From contig NZ_CP074694.1 of assembly GCF_018398935.1 (NCBI RefSeq), forward strand, positions 690,001 through 722,000: DNA of 32,000 nt. The letters are read 5' to 3'. This document shows, in pieces, positions 1 to 7,792 of the stretch. Position 1 is the first letter of the stretch. Each line of letters starts with the position of its first letter. Under the pieces are notes generated by a model. It was not told the origin of the DNA, made no database searches, and saw nothing but the letters and a program-made list of their open reading frames with translations. The position numbers and the translations under genes are program-made. Source of the stretch: Telmatocola sphagniphila. Its GTDB lineage: Bacteria > Planctomycetota > Planctomycetia > Gemmatales > Gemmataceae.

Positions 1-1
1 T

Positions 2-100
2 CCGGCCAAGACCTTCACCAAGGGGCACTTCGCTCTGCAAGGCCACGACCCAGGCTCGGTGATGACTTTCAAGAAAATTGAAGTCAAGGAATTGAAATAA
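2..100 (+). CDS. 3' end of a gene running in from upstream; C-terminus resembles DUF1080 / 3-keto-disaccharide hydrolase family proteins
   Basis: Frame 2 is open from the window edge to TAA at 98-100 and translates to PAKTFTKGHFALQGHDPGSVMTFKKIEVKELK*. The pattern 'G.(I/F)(A/G)LQ.H...V.F(R/K).I.(I/V)KEL' is how I remember DUF1080 domains ending. Only 32 aa are visible. Confidence 0.45.
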   Translation, partial: PAKTFTKGHFALQGHDPGSVMTFKKIEVKELK

Positions 101-124
101 TCGTTTGCTGCGAGTCGCCCACGT

Positions 125-1120
125 TCATTTCATCCGCCAGACACTTTCTAACGGGATGCGTTCTTTTTCCAGCGTGTCCCGAATATCCTCCAAAAACCTT
201 TTCGCATCCATCGGATAGCCTGCGGTCGCCTTCAGGCCGGGAATCTTGTTGCGCCAGTACTCGTTGAACTGCAGCATCAGCAATTCCCTCAGATACTTCG
301 CCAGCATAGATGCCAAAGCCACCGGAAGATATTTCTCTTCGGCCTTGGGCGTAAAACGTAGGTCCACACGCGTAATATCATGCTCTTCCAGATCGCTGGG
401 GCAGCCGAGCTTTACCCGATAGAAGCCCTCCGCGGCCGTTTCTCGCACGGTTTCAATCCAACAGTCGGGAAAGGCTTCCTGCAGGATCGCACCGTAGAAA
501 TTCCGCCCCCCCAATTTGTCAACTGCCACCACGTTTTCCCAACCCTGACCTAGGAATTCGGGTCGAAGTTTCTGCAAGAGCGATATCACGCCGGCGGCTG
601 TGGCCGCACTCTTGACGTTGTGCTTCTCCACTATCCGGTTGAATAAGGGGGTTGGAGTGATCGCCACGAACGTCCACTCCGTTTGCATCGTGTGGCCGGA
701 GGGTAGCGACATTCGATGCCGATCCCACTTTTCGACATCCAAAACGATTTGATCGAGAGGATACTCGACGGGAATAGTCCGTTGTGGATCGTACCAGGGC
801 TCCTGCCGAAGTTCTTCAAGTCCCAGGGCACCGACATCCTGCAGAAAGGAATCGAGTGTCAGAGGTGGCGTTCGCAACATCGGCAGCAAGGTGAAGAGGC
901 CACGCTCCAGGGAAGCGAGCCGACCCGACTTCCCGTAGAGATTTTTGGAATCTGCCACCGGAATCTTGCTGGCATCGGATTCGTCGCGGGCCAGAACATC
1001 CTGAAGTTCTGACCAGAGATCCAGATTGGGATTGGGCAGCCGCCACATCACTGCCGCCTGAGTCATTGGACCCAGATTCGGACCGTAGCCCGCTTCATCG
1101 ATTCCTGCCAAATAGGCCAT
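125..1120 (-). CDS. Divergent RNase HII-family protein (331 aa) with a large internal insertion
   Basis: ATG at 1120. The N-terminus 'LAGIDEAGYGPNLGPM' matches the RNase HII 'GIDEAGRGPxxGPM' metal-binding motif. Also present are 'VADSKNL' (DSK motif), 'VVAVDKLGG', 'KAEEKYLPVALASMLAKYLRE' (compare 'KADxxYxxVAAASIxAK') and 'AGYPMDAKRFL' (compare 'GYPSDxxTxxFL'). It is about 100-130 aa longer than typical RNase HII. Confidence 0.6.
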   Translation of the reverse strand: MAYLAGIDEAGYGPNLGPMTQAAVMWRLPNPNLDLWSELQDVLARDESDASKIPVADSKNLYGKSGRLASLERGLFTLLPMLRTPPLTLDSFLQDVGALGLEELRQEPWYDPQRTIPVEYPLDQIVLDVEKWDRHRMSLPSGHTMQTEWTFVAITPTPLFNRIVEKHNVKSAATAAGVISLLQKLRPEFLGQGWENVVAVDKLGGRNFYGAILQEAFPDCWIETVRETAAEGFYRVKLGCPSDLEEHDITRVDLRFTPKAEEKYLPVALASMLAKYLRELLMLQFNEYWRNKIPGLKATAGYPMDAKRFLEDIRDTLEKERIPLESVWRMK

Positions 1121-1201
1121 TTTTCCGCCCTATATAATTACGAGCACGGTGCTTCCTGAATAGTTTAGCAGGTAACTGCCATACCCGGGGGAACGAATCT
1201 C

Positions 1202-1552
1202 ATGGCGATGCTAGCCGACAATATTTTTCTGAAGATCATCGACAAAAAGATCCCGGCAAAAATCGTTCACGAGGACGATCTCTGTCTGGCTTTTCACGAC
1301 ATCCATCCTCAGGCCCCCGTTCATGTCGTGATCATACCGAAAAAGGAAATTCGCACGCACGACGACCTGACCTCTGAAGATGCCGTTGTGCTGGGGCATC
1401 TGCATCTGACTGCCCAGAAGATCGCTCGTCAGCTGGGGCTTCACCAGGGTTATCGGCTGGTCCTCAATTGCAAGGAAGACGGCGGGCAAACTGTTCCGCA
1501 TCTGCACATGCATTTGCTCGGCGGTCGAAATATGGGCTGGCCTCCCGGTTAA
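1202..1552 (+). CDS. HIT-family (histidine triad) nucleotide-binding protein / hydrolase
   Basis: 116 aa with the C-terminal histidine triad 'VPHLHMHLLGG' (HxHxHxx). The N-terminus 'IFLKIIDKKIPAKIVHEDDLCLAFHDIHPQAPVHVVIIPK' is typical of HinT-like proteins. Confidence 0.9.
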   Translation: MAMLADNIFLKIIDKKIPAKIVHEDDLCLAFHDIHPQAPVHVVIIPKKEIRTHDDLTSEDAVVLGHLHLTAQKIARQLGLHQGYRLVLNCKEDGGQTVPHLHMHLLGGRNMGWPPG

Positions 1553-1675
1553 AAACCTCCGCCTTTAAGCTTCGGAGATCTTTCGAAAAAAGGCGATCAG
1601 TTCCCTGAAACGGACGACTTGCCGGAGGCGTCTGGTTGTTAGTGAACGGGTACTTTCCTCTCCGGAGTTGTTGAA

Positions 1676-3241
1676 ATGAAATACTGCAAGTTAATTGCGA
1701 TGCTGGCCCTCCTGCTCGGGGCGGGCACCGCGCGCAGTCAGGGAGCTCCACTACCAGTGGGTTTAAAAGATGTGCCGCCCGATAGCATTTACTTCTTCCA
1801 TGCGGACGTGAAGTCGATTCTGAAATCTCCTCTGGTCCAGGAAGTTCGTAAGGGGCTGGGGGATCAACTCCAGCAAGCGATGGAAGCCGCGAAAGCTCAA
1901 GGGATCGATATCGAAAAACTCTCGACCGTGACTTTCTCCTCGCCGAATTTCACACTGATCGCTTCCAATGCGGAAAATAATCAGTTTTTGCTCACCCTTC
2001 AGTTTCAGGAGGCGTATGACAAATCGAAATTATTCGTCGACCAGCGAGCTGGAGAAGAAAAGGACAACGCCATCCCGTTGAAAAGCGATATGCTGCTTCG
2101 TCTGGTGGATTCTAAAACGGTTCAGCTCACCAATAAAAAAATGGCGGCGCAAAAGGATAAAGGCAAACCGGCTAATTCCGAGACGGATTCCCTGGCGGAT
2201 TTCATTCAGGAATCGCAGAAACATCAGCTCTGCATGGCTATTAATCTTTCCGGGCTTCCCGATGAAATTCGCAAGAACCCGGCGGAGGAACTTCGGCCCT
2301 TTCTCCCAATATTCAATGCTCAGAACCTCGGGATTTTCGCGGATGCCACCCAAGGTCTGAAAGTGAATCTGAAATTTCACTGCGAGAATGCTGACAAGGC
2401 TGAGACTGTTAAAGGCAGTTTAAACCTGGCTGGAAAGATTGCCAGCAAACAAATCGAACTCGTCCAAAACTCCAAGTCTAGAGATCTCGAACCGCTTTTG
2501 CCGGCCTTGAAGATCATCAAAAAGGGAATTGATGAAGCGAAGATTCAGGAGTTGAAGAACGAGGTCTCGGCCCTGGTCGAATTTCAGTCCGATATACCGC
2601 TCGGGAGCTATCTGAAAGGTCTCAGCGGCAAGATGCTGGGAAATTCGAGCCGGACTATTGCCGTCAATAATTTGAAGCAGATTGCCCTAGCCATGCATAA
2701 CTATGCCAGCGTGTACGACGGGTTTCCACCGGGCGCAATCTGCGATCGAAAGGGAAAGAAGCTTCTTAGCTGGAGAGTGGCCATTCTTCCCTATGTGGAT
2801 CAAACGGCCCTCTACGCGGAATTTAAGCTCGATGAACCCTGGGATAGCGAGCACAACAAGAAACTGATCGCCAAGATGCCCAGGGTCTATCGCCATCCGA
2901 GCGATGACCCTAAAACGACCAAGACCCGCTACAAGATTTTCACCGGTAACGGAGCTTGCTTCGATGTGGTCAAAGCGACTAAATTTCAGGAAATAACAGA
3001 TGGCACATCGAACACCCTCATGTGCGTGACCGCCGCGGAACCGGTGGAATGGACCAAGCCCGATGATATCGAATATGACAAGAAAGTGGACGTCTTGAAG
3101 CTCCTCTTCTGGGAAGACGGTTCCACGCCGATCAGCCTATGCGATGGCTCCGTCCGCAGCGTCTCCACCAAACTGAAACTGGATACGCTCCATCTGTTAA
3201 TTCAGAAGGCGGACGGTCAAGTGATTGGGCCGATCGAATAG
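1676..3241 (+). CDS. Secreted protein with a C-terminal DUF1559 domain and an unrecognised ~320-aa N-terminal region
   Basis: Sec-type signal peptide 'MKYCKLIAMLALLLGAGTARSQGAP'. The C-terminal ~190 aa carry DUF1559 hallmarks: 'NNLKQIALAMHNYASVYDGFPPG', 'LSWRVAILPYVDQTALYAEFKLDEPWDSEHN' and 'ITDGTSNTLMCV'. Confidence 0.8.
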   Translation: MKYCKLIAMLALLLGAGTARSQGAPLPVGLKDVPPDSIYFFHADVKSILKSPLVQEVRKGLGDQLQQAMEAAKAQGIDIEKLSTVTFSSPNFTLIASNAENNQFLLTLQFQEAYDKSKLFVDQRAGEEKDNAIPLKSDMLLRLVDSKTVQLTNKKMAAQKDKGKPANSETDSLADFIQESQKHQLCMAINLSGLPDEIRKNPAEELRPFLPIFNAQNLGIFADATQGLKVNLKFHCENADKAETVKGSLNLAGKIASKQIELVQNSKSRDLEPLLPALKIIKKGIDEAKIQELKNEVSALVEFQSDIPLGSYLKGLSGKMLGNSSRTIAVNNLKQIALAMHNYASVYDGFPPGAICDRKGKKLLSWRVAILPYVDQTALYAEFKLDEPWDSEHNKKLIAKMPRVYRHPSDDPKTTKTRYKIFTGNGACFDVVKATKFQEITDGTSNTLMCVTAAEPVEWTKPDDIEYDKKVDVLKLLFWEDGSTPISLCDGSVRSVSTKLKLDTLHLLIQKADGQVIGPIE

Positions 3242-3261
3242 CCTTGAGGGGGAAGTCCGTG

Positions 3262-3295
3262 AAAGAGGAGCATTATTGCTCCTCTTTATTCGTTT
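3262..3295 (+). terminator. Rho-independent terminator after the DUF1559 gene
   Basis: Stem aaagaggagc (3262-3271) pairs with gctcctcttt (3278-3287) around loop attatt. The stem runs into tttattcgttt. It sits 21 nt after the stop codon. Confidence 0.7.
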
Positions 3296-3434
3296 ATAAA
3301 AGCCATTTTATGTTCTGTTCGTGGTAATCTGTCCTCTGAATCAGGTGGTCGCCACTTCCGAGTGATTTCCAAAGTTTTTTTCTCTCGGATTGAAAGATTT
3401 GAAATTCGGGCTGTTTCCATCTGCGGAGGGTCTG

Positions 3435-4043
3435 ATGGGTTCATCGCCAACGACACGAGCCAGCCTGTTACTGCGGCTGGCTAATCCCGAAGATCAGAAG
3501 GCTTGGGCCGAGTTCGTTACCTTGTACGAACCGCTGGTTCATCGCCTCTTGCGGAAATCAGGCTTGCAGGACGCCGATCTGCGCGAGGTCACCCAGGAAG
3601 TTTTTCTGGCCGTCAGTCGCAATGTGGCCCGCTTCGAACCGGCCTACGAAAAGGGAAGTTTTCGCGGCTGGTTGCGTACAGTAACACGTAATCTGCTGGT
3701 GAATCTTCTGGAACAACGCCGTCGCAAGCTCGGGGCGGGAACCGGGTCTACCGATATGCTGCATTTGATTCAGCAACTTCCCGCTCCCGATTGCGAGACA
3801 TCGGTATTCGTCGATACGGAATTTCGGCGTCGGCTTTTCCATCATGCGGCCGATCGGGTTCGGAAGGAATTCCGTCCAGCGACCTGGCAGGCTTTTTGGC
3901 AGACCTGCGTCGAGCAAATTCCCATCGCGGAAGTCTGCCAGAGGTTGGGGATTACGCCGGGGGCCGTTTATATCGCACGCAGCCGGGTGATTACGCGTTT
4001 GCGGGCAGAAGTGGATCGAATCGATAGAGAGGAGAATCAGTAA
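3435..4043 (+). CDS. ECF-type (sigma-70 family) RNA polymerase sigma factor
   Basis: Region 2-like 'WAEFVTLYEPLVHRLLRKSGLQDADLREVTQEVFLAVSRNVARFEP' and region 4 HTH 'IAEVCQRLGITPGAVYIARSRVITRLR'. I prefer ATG 3435, preceded by GGAGGG at 3425-3430, over the track's TTG at 3390. The stop overlaps the next gene's ATG. Confidence 0.85.
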   Translation: MGSSPTTRASLLLRLANPEDQKAWAEFVTLYEPLVHRLLRKSGLQDADLREVTQEVFLAVSRNVARFEPAYEKGSFRGWLRTVTRNLLVNLLEQRRRKLGAGTGSTDMLHLIQQLPAPDCETSVFVDTEFRRRLFHHAADRVRKEFRPATWQAFWQTCVEQIPIAEVCQRLGITPGAVYIARSRVITRLRAEVDRIDREENQ

Positions 4044-5386
4044 TGAATCTCGACGAACATCTCTCGAATGATTCTCTCACCCTGATTGCTCAGGGGAGCT
4101 TAAACACGGAACAGGAGACTCAGGCTTCCGCTCATCTGGACCATTGCACGCTTTGCCAGGCGGCTCTCGAACGGACCTCCGGCGGAGCGGAATGGTGGAC
4201 GGAAACGGCTACCCAATTAAGAGTCGACGAAGATGATCTCCCGCCGCCCGGATCGGAGAGTTGGTCGGCAGTCGATTTCTCCGTCGATTTTTTGGACCCG
4301 GCGGATAATCCCTCGTTGTTGGGGCTTCTGGCCGAGTACGAAATTCACGGAATTCTCGGCCGGGGTGGCATGGGAGTAGTGCTGAAGGCTCGGGATACAC
4401 AGTTAAATCGCTTTGTGGCTATCAAGGCCCTGGGGCCGCAATGGGCCTCAAGCGAAGTAGCCCGTCGGCGATTCGCTCGGGAAGCTCAAGCCGCCGCCGC
4501 GGTAGTTCATCCCAATGTGATTGCCATCCATCAGGTTCAGGCCAACGGACGGCTGCCGTTTATTGTCATGCCCCTCATACCCGGGGAGTCCCTGCAACAG
4601 CGGTTGGCCGCGCGGGGTCAACTGGAATTGATCGAAGTTCTTCGAATTGCCATGCAGGCGGCAGCAGGTTTGGCCGTAGCCCACGAGCAGGGGCTGGTGC
4701 ATCGCGATGTTAAGCCCGCGAATATTCTGCTCGAACCGGGAATCGAACGGGCGGTGCTGACCGATTTCGGTCTGGCCCGCGCGGCGGATGATCGGACTCT
4801 CACACAGTGGGGAGTGATCGCCGGCACACCCGCTTACATGTCCCCGGAGCAATCCCGTGGGGAGCCGATTGACGGACGTTCCGATCTCTTCAGCCTCGGT
4901 TGCGTCATGTTTGAGATGGCTACTGGAGAGACGCCCTTTCAATCCGAGAGCACGCTCGCCCTGTTACGGCGAATCTGCGAGGAATCGGCACCTGCGCCCT
5001 CCCGCTTGAACAAACAATTGCCCCCTTGGTTCGATAGTATCGTCCTCCGGCTCCTGAGTAAGAATCCGGAAGATCGTTACTGCAGCGCGCGGGAGGTTTC
5101 AAAATTGCTGGAGAACTGTTTGGCACACATGCAGGATCCAGCCACTCAGTTACCAGTGGAACTCAAAAAGAAGTTCCGTTGGTTCCGCTGGCTGGCCCTG
5201 AGTTTCGGGCTGCTGGCCATGATCGGATTTTGCGTATATCTCTGCTACCGCGAGAAACCAATTGAGAAAATCGAATCACCTCCGGAAATCAAAGAAGAAT
5301 TCGACCCCTCCTGGAACTGGGGAGATAAAGAACTCCGAGATATTCGCGAAAGGCTGGATGCCTTGACACCCGGGTCGCCCCATTAG
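4043..5386 (+). CDS. Membrane Ser/Thr protein kinase with an N-terminal zinc-anti-sigma (ZAS)-like motif
   Basis: TAATG stop/start overlap at 4041-4045 and GAGAGGAG at 4027-4034. 'HLDHCTLC' (aa 31-38) is an HxxxCxxC motif. Hanks kinase motifs are 'GRGGMGVV', 'VAIKAL', 'HRDVKPANILL', 'DFGLAR' and 'GTPAYMSPEQ'. One TM helix 'WLALSFGLLAMIGFCVYLCY' is followed by only ~45 aa. Confidence 0.9.
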   Translation: MNLDEHLSNDSLTLIAQGSLNTEQETQASAHLDHCTLCQAALERTSGGAEWWTETATQLRVDEDDLPPPGSESWSAVDFSVDFLDPADNPSLLGLLAEYEIHGILGRGGMGVVLKARDTQLNRFVAIKALGPQWASSEVARRRFAREAQAAAAVVHPNVIAIHQVQANGRLPFIVMPLIPGESLQQRLAARGQLELIEVLRIAMQAAAGLAVAHEQGLVHRDVKPANILLEPGIERAVLTDFGLARAADDRTLTQWGVIAGTPAYMSPEQSRGEPIDGRSDLFSLGCVMFEMATGETPFQSESTLALLRRICEESAPAPSRLNKQLPPWFDSIVLRLLSKNPEDRYCSAREVSKLLENCLAHMQDPATQLPVELKKKFRWFRWLALSFGLLAMIGFCVYLCYREKPIEKIESPPEIKEEFDPSWNWGDKELRDIRERLDALTPGSPH

Positions 5387-5432
5387 TTGATTTTGAAATC
5401 TTAAAACTGTCATTGATTAGAAAGGAAAGATC

Positions 5433-6374
5433 ATGAAACGTCTTGTTTTTGGCTTTGCCCTAGTCTCGGGCTCCCTCTTGGGAGCTTCCTATGGGTTTAG
5501 CCATTTAGATGCTCAAAACCCCGTTGCCAATCCGACATTAACCCCGACGACTCCAGCAACGGAAACCACGACTCCAGAGTTGCAAGTTTACCCGAATGTG
5601 ACCGGGATGACACCAGCCGTGCAACCATATTCCTCAGCTCAACTTCACGAACAGCAGGAAATTATGCAATTGGAGCAGAAGTCTCTCCAGCTGGCGGTAG
5701 CCCTAGAAGCTAAACGCACGCCAGAAAGAGAAGCGGAGTTGCGAAAGCTAGTCGAAACAATTTTCGATAGACGTCATGCGCTACAGGTAGCGGAAGCGAA
5801 AGATTTGACCGAAAAGTTGGCTAAGCTTCAAGAGTCTTTGAAAGTTAGACAGACCAAGAAAGTGGAAATCATCAATCGCCGGATTAAAGAGCTTATGGGG
5901 GAAACCGATGATCTGGGTTGGGGCTTGCAGCGAAAGGATAAACTGTCGCCCATCATCCGAGTGATGGCCCCATCCAATAACGTACCTTTGGGCGAAGTGC
6001 CTCAAACGAATAGAATCGTTCCCGCAGAAGCTATTCCCGCAACGGATGCTCCTTCAATTCCTCCGATGGCGGTTATTCCGCCGCAAGGAAAAGCGGATCC
6101 ACTTATCTCGGCCGATTCGCAAGATGTTAAGACCCTGGAACTCCAGGTGAAATTGGCGGTAATCCGTTTGGAGGAAGCAGAAGCTGCTCTAAACAATATC
6201 CGCGATCAGAATGCAAGTGGCATCATTAGTGTGACGGAAGTCGAGAAGGCCAAATACAATGTCAAAAAAATGAAAATTGAAGTAGAATTGGCCCAACGAA
6301 GAGTCGAAATCGCGCGGGAGGCCAAAGAGTCGAAGAATGTGCCTCAAAACAATTCCAATACTAATCGCAACTAG
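5433..6374 (+). CDS. Secreted coiled-coil protein of unknown function; third gene of the sigma/kinase operon
   Basis: AAAGGAAAG lies just upstream of the ATG. Signal peptide 'MKRLVFGFALVSGSLLGASYG', then a Thr/Pro-rich linker. Two heptad-rich, charged helical blocks follow ('EAELRKLVETIFDRRHALQVAEAKDLTEKLAKLQESLK', 'LELQVKLAVIRLEEAEAALNNI...KMKIEVELAQRRVEIAREAKE'). I recognise no enzyme motif. Confidence 0.6.
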   Translation: MKRLVFGFALVSGSLLGASYGFSHLDAQNPVANPTLTPTTPATETTTPELQVYPNVTGMTPAVQPYSSAQLHEQQEIMQLEQKSLQLAVALEAKRTPEREAELRKLVETIFDRRHALQVAEAKDLTEKLAKLQESLKVRQTKKVEIINRRIKELMGETDDLGWGLQRKDKLSPIIRVMAPSNNVPLGEVPQTNRIVPAEAIPATDAPSIPPMAVIPPQGKADPLISADSQDVKTLELQVKLAVIRLEEAEAALNNIRDQNASGIISVTEVEKAKYNVKKMKIEVELAQRRVEIAREAKESKNVPQNNSNTNRN

Positions 6375-7530
6375 CACTCTTTCTTCGGCGGATGATCCCG
6401 GCTCCCACGGCGATCATCCCCGACCCGAACAGCAAAATGCTCGCCGGCTCTGGTACCGGGGCCAAATAGATTTCCGTCGGATTATCATAATAGACCACCA
6501 TGCCGGCTGGTAAACCGTTCAGAAATTGAAAGGAGCCGCTGTAGTTGCCCGAATAAAGCACGTAAGTCGATATTGTGTCGTAAGTTCCAGAGAGTGAAAG
6601 CGTGCTGTTACGACCGAGATACAGTGTGTTACCCATGCCAATGCTGAGGTGGCTGGTCGCCCCGCTGGGTTTGCCGATCAAAGACAGTGTCCCATTCAAA
6701 ATCACATTATCGTTGACGGTCAGGGCATCATAAGTCGAACCGGTTCCCGGGCTGAGTACTCCCCCGGTGTTCACAGTAAGTGTTGCTCCCCCGCCATTTC
6801 CTACGGTTCCGTTGCCGCTCAGAGTAGCCCCGTTTTGGATTATCACATTGGTGTTTGCCAAGCCACCCGTGACCAAGAGATTGCCTGAGGCGACTGTAGT
6901 ACTGCCGGAATAGAAATTGGAAGCCGAAATAGTGGTTGTTCCCGGGCCGACAATCGTCAGGGAAACTTGTCCGCCAGCAATACCATCTCCGATTGAGCCA
7001 TTCAAATTGATTCCGCCCAAATTAGCGGCAGTGATTGTCAGGTTCTGAGTCTTACCCGTAGTGGCATTTCCGGTGACCGCGCCGATTGTCAGCAGCCCGG
7101 AAGTGCTGCTGGCGTTATTAGTGAAACTAAAACTCGTCACGCCCGAATTCAGGCTGATGCTGGCCGTAATCGTCTGGGCCGAGTTGCTATTGTTTGTGAT
7201 CCCACCCGAGCCGATCGTGAGGGTGTTGCCGCTCAGGGTGAATGCACCTGCGGAGGAAGCGAAGCTCAGGGAGTTCACACTGTAAGCGGTGTCGATTACC
7301 GAAGACAGGCCAATCGATCCCGCCATGACGATATCCGCGGAACCATCGTTGGCGGGCGCGGAACCTCCCGCCCAATTGGCACTATTCGACCAGTAGTACG
7401 GCGAAGAACCACTACCGCCGTTCCAAGTTTGAGCCTGGATGGGTGACGAAAACTGAAAAAAAGCCGCCAGGACAAAGAGATAGAAGGTTTTTTTGCGGAG
7501 GGGTAGTGGATGCCGATTTGATTTGGCCAT
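6361..7530 (-). CDS. PEP-CTERM-anchored surface protein with autotransporter-associated beta-strand-like repeats
   Basis: The C-terminus 'PVPEPASILLFGSGMIAVGAGIIRRRKSASCD' has the PEP motif, a TM helix and a basic cluster. The body is Gly/Ser/Thr/Asn-rich with 'LSGNTLTIGSGGITN' and 'LSGNGTVGNGG'-type repeats. The likely start is ATG 7530 ('MAKSNRHPLPLRKKTFYLFVLAAFFQFSSPIQAQ' is a signal peptide); the track start at 7581 adds 17 aa. Confidence 0.8.
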   Translation of the reverse strand: MAKSNRHPLPLRKKTFYLFVLAAFFQFSSPIQAQTWNGGSGSSPYYWSNSANWAGGSAPANDGSADIVMAGSIGLSSVIDTAYSVNSLSFASSAGAFTLSGNTLTIGSGGITNNSNSAQTITASISLNSGVTSFSFTNNASSTSGLLTIGAVTGNATTGKTQNLTITAANLGGINLNGSIGDGIAGGQVSLTIVGPGTTTISASNFYSGSTTVASGNLLVTGGLANTNVIIQNGATLSGNGTVGNGGGATLTVNTGGVLSPGTGSTYDALTVNDNVILNGTLSLIGKPSGATSHLSIGMGNTLYLGRNSTLSLSGTYDTISTYVLYSGNYSGSFQFLNGLPAGMVVYYDNPTEIYLAPVPEPASILLFGSGMIAVGAGIIRRRKSASCD

Positions 7531-7792
7531 GGATGCAATCGACTCTAGCTTAGCCGGGTAACAATGGATCATCCTGATCACGCATTTCCAATATAGGCAA
7601 GTTACAGAGCGATCCCTGAAAAGATAGTGGCATTCCTGTTAGGAAGGGATGAAATTATCGAGCAATTCGAACCGGAGCTTCCGAGTAGTTTTTATCCGGG
7701 CCCTGTGATCGCATTCTGTTAAACCGAACGCCGGGATATAAAATAGTCTGCATCGCGAATTTTGAAATCTCCTTTTGAGTTAACGAAAGATA

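Noticed and set aside
3390-3434. TTG start extending the ECF sigma factor by 15 aa
   Set aside because: ATG 3435 is preceded by GGAGGG, and the conserved sigma N-terminus ('RASLLLRL') starts just after it. The TTG start cannot be excluded but is less likely.
4448-4942. 164-aa antisense ORF within the first kinase gene. Similar internal ORFs occur elsewhere (for example 17713-18294, 19507-20004, 24602-25093, 26202-26765, 28583-29077, 29574-30056)
   Set aside because: All lie inside, and antisense or out of frame to, genes with strong family motifs. All have biased off-frame composition. Such ORFs are expected at this GC content.
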